Part shown: positions 1-11,926 of the stretch, one piece after another
Position numbering within the stretch: the stretch's first letter is position 1
Layout: the number at the start of each line of letters is the position of its first letter
NCBI GenBank assembly: GCA_030704615.1
Contig: CM060733.1
Span: 19,716,001 to 19,780,000, forward strand
Direction of reading: 5' to 3'
Length of the DNA: 64,000 bases
From: Takakia lepidozioides
Lineage: Eukaryota; Plantae; Bryophyta
Position numbers and translations under genes: made by a program
Notes under the pieces: model-generated
Databases searched by the model: none
Told to the model about the DNA's origin: nothing
Seen by the model: the letters and a program-made list of their open reading frames with translations, nothing else

Positions 1-299
1 CAACAAGAAGAGGCTCCGCCAAATAAATCAAAAAATAAATAAAATATAAGTTAACAAAAATTAAAAAGAATGGAGTTTTAAATTGTGCCACATAGTGCAG
101 TGTGGCACTCCGCATAATGTTGCCACGTGGCTCAGCGCGAATAGGCGCAGCCAGGAAAATATGTTTTACATTTATTTTTTTTAAAAAAGAAAATGAACTA
201 TTTTCTATCGCTGGCGGCGCCCCGCGAGTCCGCCACGTGGTTCAAAGCAAAATAGGCGCCGCCCAAAAGTTATCATTAATTAATTAATTAATTAATTTT

Positions 300-1780
300 A
301 AAAAAAATAGAAAAATAAAAACCAAAACGATTTTCTATCACTGGCACATGGAGGTTCTACGCAGCGGGAAGCGGACAGGCGCCTGCTACAAAAAATAAAA
401 AATAAAAATAAAAAAGAAATATATATATATAAAGAGAAACCAAAATAATTTTCTATTGCATGACGGTGCCGTCCGATCTCGCCAAGGGGCGGGACGTGGA
501 CAGGCGCCGCCCGAAAAAGGTCAAAATAAAATAAAATAAAATAAAGAATAAACCAAACCCATGTGGCTACGACATGTGATTCTGTCACATGGCGCGACGG
601 GGACAGGGCGCCGCCATATATATATGAAGAAATCTTGGTTTGTGGATGGGACGTTGGTTGCGTCCATAATGGTGCACACATGACATACCATTATGGTGCT
701 CCATAACTATGTTTTTTCTAAAATTATGTAAGAGGGTCACCCCATATGTATACTCATTTGCAACCGCCGTCTAAACTTGGAGTGGAGAGCAAACTGGAGT
801 ATTGGCGCGAATGTCAACAACAAGTGTGCTTTCAGGTTAGTATTGGGGGTGTTGCGTACGCAACAGCTTGTAATTTGCATTGTGGATTTTTATTGTTTTG
901 TGTTATGTCGTTATACGTTATTGCAATAAGGAGAATATAAAAAAGGAAGAAAGAACATCGTCGAACATATGGGTGTAGCATGCGCAACACTCCTAGTCAA
1001 ATGAAAAATTAATAGGAGTATAAGAGTAGTTATAATTTATAAATACATAAATTAAAAAAAACCCAAAAAAAAAACCAAAACGATTTTCTATGATTGGCGC
1101 ATGGCGGTTCCACCCAGCGGGGACGCAGACAGGCGCCGCCCGAGATTAAAATTTTAAATTTTAAAATTTATAATAATAATAATAATAAACCATGTGGCTG
1201 CACCACTTGATTCTGCCACATGGCGCGACGGGACAGGCGCCGCCATATATATGAAAAGATCTTGGTTTGTGGATGGGACGTTGGCTGCGTCCATAATGAT
1301 ACACATACGACATATCATTATGGTGCGTACATTATGGTGCTCTATAATTGCGTTTTTTCTATAATTAATAGTGGTCATTCTTTTTTGGTTCCTATATAAG
1401 AGGGCCACTCCATATGTATGCTCATTTACAACCGCTGTCCAAACTTGGAGTGGAGAGCAAACTAGAGTACTGGCGCGAACGTCAACAACAAGTGTGCTTT
1501 CAGGTTAGAGTGGGGGTGTTGCATACGCAACAGCCTGTAATTTGCGTTGTGGATTTTTATTGTTTTGTATTATGTCGTTATACGTTATTGCAATAAAGAA
1601 AATATAAAAAGGGAAGAAAGAGCATCGTCGAACATATAGGTGTAGCATGCGCAACACCCCTTGTTAAATGAAAAATTAATAAGAATATAAGAGTAGTTAT
1701 AATTAATTAATTATTTATAAACAAACTCAAAACGATTCTCTATTTGGCATAAGGCAGTTCTGCGCGGCGGGATGCAGCAT
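300..1780. repeat. Tandem array of ~650-750 bp diverged units (two near-complete copies plus the start of a third), probably subterminal or internal repeats of a DNA transposon or Helitron
   Basis: Unit start AAAACGATTTTCTAT/AAAACGATTCTCTAT...TGGC recurs at ~325, ~1077 and ~1730. The block CATATGTAT..CTCATTT..AACCG...AAACTTGGAGTGGAGAGCAAACT occurs at ~742 and ~1410. ORFs 746-940 and 1414-1596 are near-identical by-products of the repeat. Confidence 0.85.
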
Positions 1781-2034
1781 AAGCCTTTTATACTGGTGGA
1801 ATGTAGGTAGGGTGGTAGGTACTATTTGATAGGTTTGTATTGTGGGTGAATGTAGGATTGACTGGACCTAAATGGACGTTACCGACACAGTTTTAGATGA
1901 CTGCAATTGATGGTGTCATCAATTGAATTTGAATTAACTCATTAAAACCAGCAAATATATATGTCATTGGATTCTTAGCTTCAATACGCACCCATAACAA
2001 CTTTCCAATCATGAATCCGATAAGAAATGACTCT

Positions 2035-2559
2035 GTATGTACGATGAATAAATATGAATCAAGACGACCTTTATAACAATGAACAAGAATACAAAATATT
2101 GGAACACGACTTGGATACTGAATTGCTGGAAACTGGATTGGAGTACCAGATACTGGAAACTGGGCTAGAGTGTTGGGAACTGGACTGAAGTACTGGGAAC
2201 TGGAAACAAGAGTAGCTTGAACTGGTGTCGGCGAGACTGAAGAGTGTCCAGTCTCGCCTCCTATATATACTGGCTACTAAGAAGCTTCCCCTATGGACGT
2301 TTCTTGCTGGAGAAGTTTTCAAGATTACACAAAGGTTTTTTTTTATTGAAAAGCTTCCTTAAACAAATGAGGTATCTTGATGGAGAAGTTTCATCCAAAG
2401 GAAGCGTCCTGAGCAGTTTTTCAAATTATTCTTGGTAATTTGGTAAACTCTCGGAAACTTGGTAAATAATGGTAAATCATGGTAACTTCCGGTAACATGA
2501 GAACTTGATAACTTCTGATATTTACTCCTGGTAAGTTCATCTGGGCTATGTCCGTGACA
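2035..2559 (-). mobile_element. 3' LTR of the Ty3/Gypsy chromovirus (outer ~85 bp missing)
   Basis: Aligns closely, with scattered substitutions and indels, to 61357-61890. Ends GTCCGTGACA (TGTCACGGAC on the minus strand). The polypurine tract AAAGGAGGGGGTGA (minus strand, 2560-2573) is immediately adjacent. Confidence 0.93.
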
Positions 2560-3169
2560 TCACCCCCTCCTTTAGCGCCGAGTTCTTCGAGGAGCGGTAA
2601 AATCTTGGACTTGCTTAGAGTTGGAGAAAATCCAAAATCCGGCGAATGGTACTTGCCAAGAATTCGGCTCTTCGTTCTTGACTCAAATGATTTATAGGTC
2701 CATGCAACCATCAATAGTGTCCAACACCTTGAACTTGGGACCACGCAGTGATTTGAGCATTCTGATTTTCGAAGCTGCCTTCAAACATGATTTCGTTGCC
2801 TTCTGGGTCCGAAGCCTCAACCTCCAACAGAATTATCAGACTTCGAGTAGGCTCCACTTGTCGTCGTACGGGGTCCAGACGAGGAAATATGCGTCGCATT
2901 GGTGGCCCATCGTCTCGAGAGCGTCGGCGTGATGTTGAAGGTCGTGAGAGTCGGAACGGCTGATCTGATAGCTGGGTAAGCGACAACTCCAATGTATCTG
3001 GTTACTGTGACTCCATACTGCCAATACAAGATGCAAGAGTGCTGGAAGTACTGGAAGTGTAGCTATATATACTGATGTGTGGTGCTCCTTCCTCCTTAGC
3101 ATGTATCAGGTACATTGAATGTGGAGTCTTCACCTTGAAGCTAACTTGGCTGACATCATCGTTGTGACA

Positions 3170-4835
3170 TCTTATTGACGTGTAGCTCGGGGCTTAGCTG
3201 GATATCGTTGATGAAACTCTTGGACTTGTGACAGAAAGTCCGTCCAATTATCTTGGTGATAATTTATTGTACAACGAAGACACTGCTCCAAAATCTGGTT
3301 ACACGTTCGGTTTGACCATCAGTGTGTGGATGATTAGTTGTAGAGAGGTTGATCTTAGTATCCAATATATGAAATAATCCCCTCCAGAAATTTGATATGA
3401 ACTGTGGTCCTCGATCAGATACGATGTCATTCGGGAGTCCATGAATACGATAGATATTATTGAGGAAGAGTCTTGCAGTTTCCTCGCCGGTAACCGTTTT
3501 ATTACATAGAATGAAATGTGTCATCTTCGTAAAACGATCTACAATAACAAGGATTGAATCGGTGGTCTAGAAAATTGGAAGGTCCGTAATAAAGTCCATA
3601 GACACGGACGACCATGGTCCCTTGGGAATGGGTAATGGTTGAATAAGGCCGTAAGGTCGATGTCGTGGTCCCTTCGCTCTAGCACACGTGTCGCAAGATT
3701 TTATAAATTCTTTCACGAGTTTCCACATCTGCGTCCACCAATAGTCCCTGGATATCAATTCCATTGTTTTATTGAAACCGAAATGTCCTACAGCCGGAAG
3801 ATCATGACATGTTTGAAGAATTCGAAGTCGTGTAGGTCCTGGGGGTACATAGAGAAGTCCCTTGAAATAAAGTAAGTCATCTTTGAATTCGAAGTCGTTT
3901 GTAACATGTGGGTTGTCTCGAGGTCGATTTAGTTGACTTCGTAGTGTCGTAGCAAATTGGTCGCTCTTCAGTGCTTCCTGAATCTCCTTTATGATCTCTA
4001 CATCGTCATAGGTGGACATGGATAATATATTCACTTGGAGATTTGCTGGTTTCAAGATGATGGATTTCTGTTGGTTAAAAGTTACATCCCCTTCTTTTGG
4101 CGCAAGATACGATCGTCGAGAAAGAGCATATGGTTTTCTTTGAAGATATCCGGGACGGTAGATAATAACAAAATCAAACCTTGCTAGTGACATACTCCAT
4201 CTCGCTTGACGTCTATTCAAAACACGAGCACTCATAAAATACTCGAGGTTTTTGTGATCGGTATAGACTGTGACCTGATGTTTAGCTCCCTCCAATAGAT
4301 GACGCCACTCCTAAAAAACATCAATAATCGCTAGAAGTTCTTTGTCATGGATTTCATAATTGATCTCCACTGCGAAAAATTTGCGAGAACAAAAACCAAC
4401 AGGATGAAGTCGGCCATTTGTACCGTATTGAGAAAATACCGCATCAAGTGCAAAGTCCGATGCATCTGCTTCCAAAAAGAATGGTTTAGATGGGTCTGCA
4501 TGTACCAGTATTGGAGCCGTTGTAAATGCCTCATTTAGCCTTTCAAATGTTTGGTGAGCCTTCTCGTCCTATACAAATTTGTCATTCCCTTGTGCGAAAA
4601 GCAGTCTTCTATTCGTCTCCTTCTTTTATTCGTACAAGGTTGTAAGCTCCTCTCAAGTCGATCTTTGTGAAAAAATTTGCTCGTCAAAGTTGTTCGAGGA
4701 GTCCGGAAATCAGCGGTAGTGGGTAACGATTTTTTATAGTGACTTTGTTGAGCCCACGATAGTCCACACACATGCGTAACGATCTGTCCTTCTTCTTCAC
4801 AAATAAGATAGGTGCTCCCGCGGGTGATTTCGAAT
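3170..4835 (-). pseudogene. Gypsy pol 3' part: RT fragment, RNase H, integrase and chromodomain tail, with internal deletions and stops
   Basis: RT: [30 protein letters not shown]. RNase H: EADASDFAL...YEIHDKELLAI and VYTDHKNLEYF. Integrase zinc finger: CHDLPAVGH...CDTC. Integrase core: SMDFITDLP and IVSDRGPQF. A deletion joins NYHQDNWTDFL directly to the chromodomain C-terminal tail VQEFHQRYPAKP. The YxDD region of RT is deleted near 4590. Confidence 0.93.
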
Positions 4836-4989
4836 CTCGGTTATCAGCGTTAGGTCACGTCAGACCTGACGCTGACGAGACCTCCGTCACGTCAGGTTCG
4901 GGAATATTCTAGTAAAAATAGTACCAGGTAAAATACTGTCACTTAAGCAGCCACGTCGCCGACACGGTGGCGGTGGTAAATACATTTTG

Positions 4990-6360
4990 CAAATTAACAA
5001 AATGAGCACGACCGCCAATTCGTTTTGTTTTTCGAAATTAAAAAAGAAATGGCGACCGCCGTATTGGCGGTCGCTTCAATTTTTATTTTTTTTAAGCAAG
5101 ATTGGCGGTCGCTTTATTTTTCGAAATAGAAAACGAAATAGTGACCGTCATATTGGCGGTTGCTTCAAATGTTTTCTTTTTAAAAGCAAGATTGGCGGTC
5201 GCACTGGCGGTCACTTTTATTTTTTGAATTAAAAAAACAAATAGCGAACGCTATGTTGGCGGTCGCTTCAATTTATTTTTAAAAAAAAACAAGATTGGCG
5301 GTCGTATTGGCGGTCGCCTATTTTTTTTTTTAAAAACAAGCGACTGCCATATTGGCGGCCGCACGGTGGCAAATACATTTTTGAAAATTAACAAAATGAA
5401 TGCGACCGCCAATTATGGCGGTCGCTTTGTTTTTCGAAATTAAAAAAGAAATAGCGACCGCCGTATTGGCGGTCGCTTCAATTTCTTTTCTTTTAAAGCA
5501 AGATTGGCGGTCGCTTTATTTTTCGAAATAGAAAAAGAAATAGCGACCACCATATTGACGGTCGCTTTATTTTTATTTTTTTTAAAAGCAAGATTGGGGG
5601 TCGCACCGGCGGTCGCTTTATTTTTTGAATTAAAAATAGAAATAGCGACCGCTATCTTCGCGATCGCTTCAATTTATTTTTAAAACAAAACAAAGATTGG
5701 CGGTCGCCTAATTTAAAAAAGAAAACAAGCGACTGCCGTATTGGCGGTCGCACAATTTTGTAAATATGTATAGAACAAGCGACCGCCATATGGCGGTCGG
5801 ATAATCTCAAAAATATATTAAAAAAACAGCGACCGCCATTGGGCGGTCGCTTAATTTAAAAAATAGATAGAAAAACAAATGACCGCCATATGGCGTCGGT
5901 AAATTTAAAATTATATATAAAAAAAACAAACGACATATGAAAATAAAAGCGACCGCCACACCGGTGGTCGCTTGTTTTAAAACAATACAATATTTGCGAC
6001 CACCAAACCGGCGGTCGCGTCAATTTTAAAATATATATTAAGTTTAAGTGACCGCCAGCCTGGAGGTCGCTTAAACTTGAAAATACAAAGATTAAAAGCG
6101 ACCACCATATTGGCGGTCGCTTTATTTTAAATATATTAACAAATGAAGCGACCGCCATACCGGCAGTCGCATTATATTTTTGAGATAAAAAACAATAGCG
6201 ACCGCCATACGGGCGGTCGCTTAAATTTAAAAATATACAAAATAGAAGTGACCGCAATATTGCACAAAATGAAAGGAAATAAAAGCGACCGCAGTAATGG
6301 CGGTCGCTTGTTTTTCATAAAAAATAAAAATAGTGACCGTAGTATTAGCGGTCGCTTAAT
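4990..6360. repeat. Left subterminal array of GCGACCGCC-N(2-6)-GGCGGTCGC palindromes separated by AT-rich spacers
   Basis: Dozens of copies are directly visible, e.g. 5452-5477 and 5829-5851. Confidence 0.95.
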
Positions 6361-6776
6361 TTCAAAATTACAACAAATATGGTTGTGCAGCTTTTTTCGG
6401 GTGGGCGCTATTGGTTCGTCATTTATTCATTTCACTTTCATTTCACTTTCATGTTTCTGGATCATATATAAGGGAGGAATGTCACCAAGCTCCTCACTTC
6501 TTTTTGCGCAAAAACTTGAGGTTGTGTTCTTTTCCATTGAACGATAGTGTAGCCCAAGAGAAGGGTGCACACTTTTTGCCGTTGTGGCTTCCACCAAAGC
6601 CACTTCAGCAGATTGTGTAGAAGCTCAACATTACAACCCACATCGACCCACTTGGGTTGCTGACAGGTGTAGAAGTGTTGAGCTATCGCATTGCACTCTA
6701 CATTCACAACAAGTTCATTTATAGATGACTATTTTTTGTTATTTGCATCGCTAAGTCCCAGGGGAGTGGATATTGG

Positions 6777-8528
6777 GTGAAGATGAGGGAGGAATGGAGC
6801 CCTTGGTATACGGTAATCCCGAACACTGTCAGTGCCACTGGTAGTGTTGAATGCAACCTATGTGGATTAAAGCTTTCTTATCGTAAGGATCGGTTGCTCG
6901 CTCACCTCGGCTATAAAGGTGTGAAGAGCGCTGGGGTGGGTTTATGCCCCAAAGCATCTATCCGGGTAAAAAGCCATTTTGCCCAGTGTGGAGATAATAT
7001 TCCAATATCTTTGAATCTGGACATGACCTCTGAGCAGAACACTCCATCTTCCCGTCAAGATGCCCCGATTAGTACCCAGGGCGACTCTTGTGAGGCTTCG
7101 GGTGTCCTTGGACAAGTGGGTTGTGCCGTAGCAACACCTGCTTCAACACCTCTTTGTACCCTACACTTCAACGGAGTAGAGGATTACGGCAGTAATCCAT
7201 GCAAGAAGGTCTTAACTTGTCTGCGAAAAGACAGTTGGATAAAAAATGGGCGCAGTTTTTCTTCGAGGCCAACATACCATTTAATGTGGCAAGGCTTCTG
7301 ACATTTGTTTCTGCCGTTAGAGCAACCTCGGAATCCAGATCCACGTACGTGCCTCCGACTTATCACAATCTCCGCACAGGATTGCTAGAAGACGCAATGA
7401 CCGAGCTTACCCAAAAGGTCAACGATAGGACGGGCGAGTGCATCAGAAAATATGGAAGCACTATATGTGCCGATGGTTGGAGTTCTGTCACAAACAGACC
7501 GTTGTTTAATGTCATGCTCGTATGTCCAGCTGGGGAACAATTCTTGGGATCGGTCGACACTAACGGCGAGAAGAAAGATGGACGTTATCAATACCAACTA
7601 TTGACGGACTTCATCGAACAGGTCGGAAGTGATAGAATCGTGCAAATATGCACAGACAATGCCGCTAACATGAGAAACACTGCAGACATGTTGTTGGCAT
7701 GTTATCCCCATATGTACTGTCAAGGTTGTGCTGCTCATATCCTTGACCTCATTTTGGAAGATTGGAAAAAAGAACAGTGGGTGAAACAACTTGTCAAGCG
7801 AGCAAAGACTGTTGTGTCGTTCATCCGCACACATCACATCCCTTTGGCAATATATAGGAGGCACGAACCCAAATACAGCCTCCGCAATCCAGGCGAAACT
7901 CGTTTTGCCACTAATTTCTTGATGGTGGATCGGTTGGTGACGGTGAAGAGCAGTCTGGAGCACACCATCATCGATCCTCAATGGGATGCGTACACACGGA
8001 CATACCGGGACTCCAGAAAAGCCAAGGCATTGGGCAAAAGTCGAAAAGTTCGAAATAGCATTCGCAGCGATGATTTTTGGAAGAAATGTGAAAACTTTGT
8101 TTATATGGTAGAGCCGGTGTTAATCGTCTTGCGGTAGTTTGATGGAAAGGAATCAGTAATGGGCAAGGCATGGTTACTAATGCAAAATCTTGAGAAGTAC
8201 GTCCAATCCTTGAGGCATCCTCCCTTCTCCTTGGAACCTGAACTTGCGGACAGTGCTGAGGATACATTTTACGACCGTCGTTCGATGGTTCGAACGGAAT
8301 TGCATTATGGGAGGGCTTTACTCAATCCATTCTTGCTCGACAATACCATGCTCCGAAACGACGCTGATGCCAAGGCCGGCCTCGTGCGAGTGCTCATGCG
8401 ATTGGCTCCGCCGAACCATGTAGAGAGAGCTATATCCGAGTACCAATGCTTCTCAGATCGTCGCGACCCTTTTGAGGACATGTCGGATCCAAAAGAGCTC
8501 AATATGTTGCAACATGAATGGTGGGATC
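6777..8528 (+). pseudogene. hAT transposase, N-terminal and catalytic part (BED-like zinc finger, DUF659 / RNase H-like DDE core), with frameshift and stop
   Basis: CNLC...LLAHL...CPK; FFEANIPFNVA; TICADGWS; IVQICTDNAANM; CAAHILDL; PGETRFATNF. Homology stops abruptly after QHEWWD. Confidence 0.93.
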
Positions 8529-10005
8529 AAAAGACGCTGCTGCTCTACAACAATCCAGAAAGGCAGTTGAGATGACACAAAAGACGGTGGATGCAGCTGT
8601 GCAGGCTCAACAAAAGGGGTTGAAGAAGAGGACTCGCAAGGAACAGCAGTTGTGACACCCAAGAAGACAAAGAAACAGAAACAAAAATAGCAGGAAGAGG
8701 GTGACGAAGAGGACTCCGATGGAAACTTTGCAACCAGCCCACCCCCCAAAACGTAGCCGAAATCCCCTGTGCCCACCGTTGTCACAAAAGGACGAGAACA
8801 TGCTTAGCAAAGAAGACACTCTTCAACCCCCGGTGGGACACCCTTTTCGAGCCGGTGGAAATGAAGAGGCCGAAAGTGGAGCCAGAAACAGTAGTTCATT
8901 GTGTCAACGAGAGTTTCTTGGCGGCTTTGGATGGACGGGCAGCCAAGTTGGCATACATCAAGACCATGGAGGGTCTCAAGGGCAGAGCACTAAGGAAGGC
9001 GGATGCCGAAGAGCCTTCCGACACCTTTGGGTTTCTGAAGACGGTCTTATTCTTTGAGAAGGTGTGTGCAGGGAAGGATTGCAGGAGGGGCGGAAAAGCC
9101 ACCAAGTGGTCTTGCGATATGATCATCTTGGATATTCCGGACATAGAGCCTGTGGAAGGACTGCAAGCTTTGCCATCTTGGAACAAGTACTCCGAGGACT
9201 TTTGGAAGAAATGATTCGGGCTCGCCCGCATGGTGTTGGCAAAAAACACGGGGGCAGGAATTGCAAAGTGGACCCGCAAGAGCGCCGTCCCAATTCTGAA
9301 GAAGAAGTGGACATGCATCAACACATTGGGCCTTCGGTCGGAAGGGAAGAAGGTAATTACGACATTGGCAATCATCCTTTCATTTTGTAAGCTATTTTGA
9401 AATGCGGTGCTGCATTTGATTTCTAATCGTTCCCCACTGTGTATGCAGACGAAGCAGTTTGATGCATACTGCTTTGTGAAGGAGAACTCGACCTTTGCTT
9501 TCCGGAAGGATGGATTGTTGGTTGACCCGAACTGCGACCCCATCGATTACGACGTCATGTTCAACAACGTTCCCACGGAACTCCTCCCTCATAGCCTCAC
9601 TTCAACGGATCCCCTGCGGTATTCACAGACTCGGAGCAGACAATTATGGAGGCATGCACTGACCTAGAGGGCAAAGTGCTGGACCTCATCTGTGGAACAG
9701 GTATGTAGATTCTTGTACTATGTTGTTCTGCAAATTCGCATTATGTTCAAATTCGTCATATCTGAAGGGTCATGTTTTAATGAGTGGATGTCATTCTAAC
9801 AGGTGCCTCAATGTGGGCTGGGCGGTTTTCCGACCGGCCCCTCTTTGCCTACGAGGAAGACACATCCGTCTGGGGATCCCATCTGGAAGGGCGTCAACGG
9901 AATGTGAAGGCTCTCATCGAAGCCAAAGATTCCTCGGATGATTCGTCGGACTCGGAGGAAGAGACAATGGACATTGATGCCGAGGAGAACCCGGAATACG
10001 AGTAA
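8529..10005 (+). pseudogene. C-terminal part of a TE-associated gene encoding a beta-class amino (N6A/N4C) DNA methyltransferase-like domain; 2 introns, degenerate
   Basis: Motif IV-like CDMIILDIPD (~9113-9142) precedes motif I-like EGKVLDLICGTG (~9667-9700), followed by ASMWAGRFSDRPLFAYEED. GT-AG introns at 9353-9448 and 9701-9802 splice in frame. Stop at 9212-9214 and a frameshift near 9665. Confidence 0.72.
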
Positions 10006-10399
10006 CTGCAAACATTGTAAGTTTGCAAAGCCTTCTGGGTGATTTTTTGTCACACGCATTTCCAGACCGTGGTTCTCATTGGTCTCGTGGGTGATTGTTA
10101 TGTGCAGGATTCCAAGATCCGAGTCGAAACCAGTGGCGCCTACATTTCTTGCCAGGGAGAATGTCTCGTTCTTTGCGAGGACCGTCTTCATGAAGAGGCC
10201 GCATTTCTGATTTGGGAAGGACGTGGTTTGAAAGATGGTGTAGTTTAGAAGCACATGGGAGAGGGGATATCAACAGCGGGGAGAATTTCCTTTATATACT
10301 CTGGAAGAGATTGTAAATGTACAGAGAGTTAATTAAAATTCTACAAATCTTGAAAATCATCATCACTATCGTCATCCTGTCCTTGACTGTCCTACTCCC

Positions 10400-10980
10400 C
10401 TTCCACCCCCTCATTGCCTTTCTCATGTCCAGTAGACAGCTCGTTGGCCAGGCTTTCAAAAATCCCATCTTCCCTTTGTGGAACTGACCATCTCACCTCC
10501 GTTGGGTCGTTCTCCTCCCTGTCTGCATCGCTCTCTTCCGCTAAATCACATATATACTTTCACACCCGTCTACCTGTCTCAGCTGCTGCCAACTCTTTCC
10601 TTATCCTTCTGTCCTCCCTATTTCCAACATTAACAGCGTTTCAGGTCCTTGATCATTTTTGTCAGGCCTATGGCTTTAGAGTCAATTCGAATAAGTCCAT
10701 GGGATTGTTGTCCAGACTCAAAGATCCTTCTGCAGCGGCTCGCTGTCCCCCCTATACCATCGGACTCTCTTGGTTACCTGACGGGAGCTCTCATAAGCTC
10801 CTTGGTCATCAAATAGGTCATGATATCTCCCTCAGCCAAGGATTCTCCTCTGTCATCTCTAACATGAAAAAAAGCTTTTCTACTGGAGCTCCGCTAGGCT
10901 GTCTCTAACGGGTAGAGCCCGCATCAGCAACCCAGTCCTTTTAGCCTCCATATGATTTCTCATTTCTGTCTGCTCCCCTG
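10400..10980 (+). mobile_element. LINE (non-LTR retrotransposon) RT C-terminal fragment
   Basis: LDHFCQAYGFRVNSNKS...KLLGHQIG, then after a frameshift WSSARLSLTGRARISNPVLLASI*F. This is typical of the plant L1 RT thumb region. Confidence 0.7.
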
Positions 10981-11926
10981 GTTCAAGCTCATGACTCCTG
11001 AGGGGTGCTAGTGCTCAAGTGTAGCTCTTGGGTCTTATTGAAAAATGCTCCTGTAGGATTTCCATAAAATCAGCTCTCCGTCTGCCCACTGGACAGGCTC
11101 ACGGAAAGTGTGGCGGCTGCGATTCAGGATCTAGAACGCCTAACCCCCCATGTTTCTTCTTCTGACAGATCTGTTCCCCCGAAACTAGGGCTTTTCTATT
11201 CTATTGGGCAAGGACTCAGTGGCTCCCCAAAGGAAGTTACCAAAGGTGTGATTACTGAGACACTGGGAAGCTAGCAAGTTCCTCATGTTTTGGCAGTCAA
11301 AGCAATGACTAAAGAACAATTGTGGCAGGAAGTCTTCTCAAATCCTTTACAGTTGTGGGACAACAGGTTTGATAAGGTGACTCCGTCTCCATCTAGGACA
11401 TGAAATAGTTGGTCAAGGAGTGCTTTTGACTGGGGCTGGCATGATGAGTTCTGTATGCTGGATTATGCTCCAGTTGCATAGATTGATGCAATTGTCACAA
11501 CAGCCCTTTCTTATCTAATGTAGGTTGTTCAAGCCTATTCTCTGTTCTTTGATTTACGCGCGGTGCTTGGTTGTTATAGATTGGTCTGTGCCAGCCTTTG
11601 TTGAAGCTACTGCTGATCAGCTGCCAACTGCTGGTTTTCACAGAAAAGTCCAAGGTTACCAGACTTCAGAGATAAGGGCAGTAGTAATGTCCTTGGGATT
11701 GAGGGTTGGTCAAACCCTCCCTGGGGCAAAGCAGAGCCATCTGCGATGCTACAAGGTTCAGCACAATTTGAAGGTTCTAATGTCGATATGCAGCATGGAT
11801 TTCCAGGACAAAAATACAGCGGGTATTCTTTTGATGACCAATGAAACAAATAGAATTGCGTAAGTGTACTCTCATAGTAGATGACTGCAGTGGTTTTGTA
11901 GCTATCGATCTGTAGCAATAAGATCC

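Noticed and set aside
2836-3102. Chromodomain in the ORFs downstream of integrase
   Set aside because: No aromatic-cage pattern is present. Only the C-terminal tail (VQEFHQRYPAKP, ~3190-3225) of the real chromodomain survives.
4987-6547. ORFs in the left palindrome array, and likewise at 52262-53935, 49301-49877 and 63574-63897
   Set aside because: They are translations of tandem repeats (recurring KRPP / GGR / EMRRRISV) and not real genes.
8527-8528. TC at both inner junctions as a transposon TSD or a site-specific recombinase core
   Set aside because: It is only 2 bp, there are no TIRs or inverted arms, and ~6 bp of transposase appear lost. This fits end-joining repair better.
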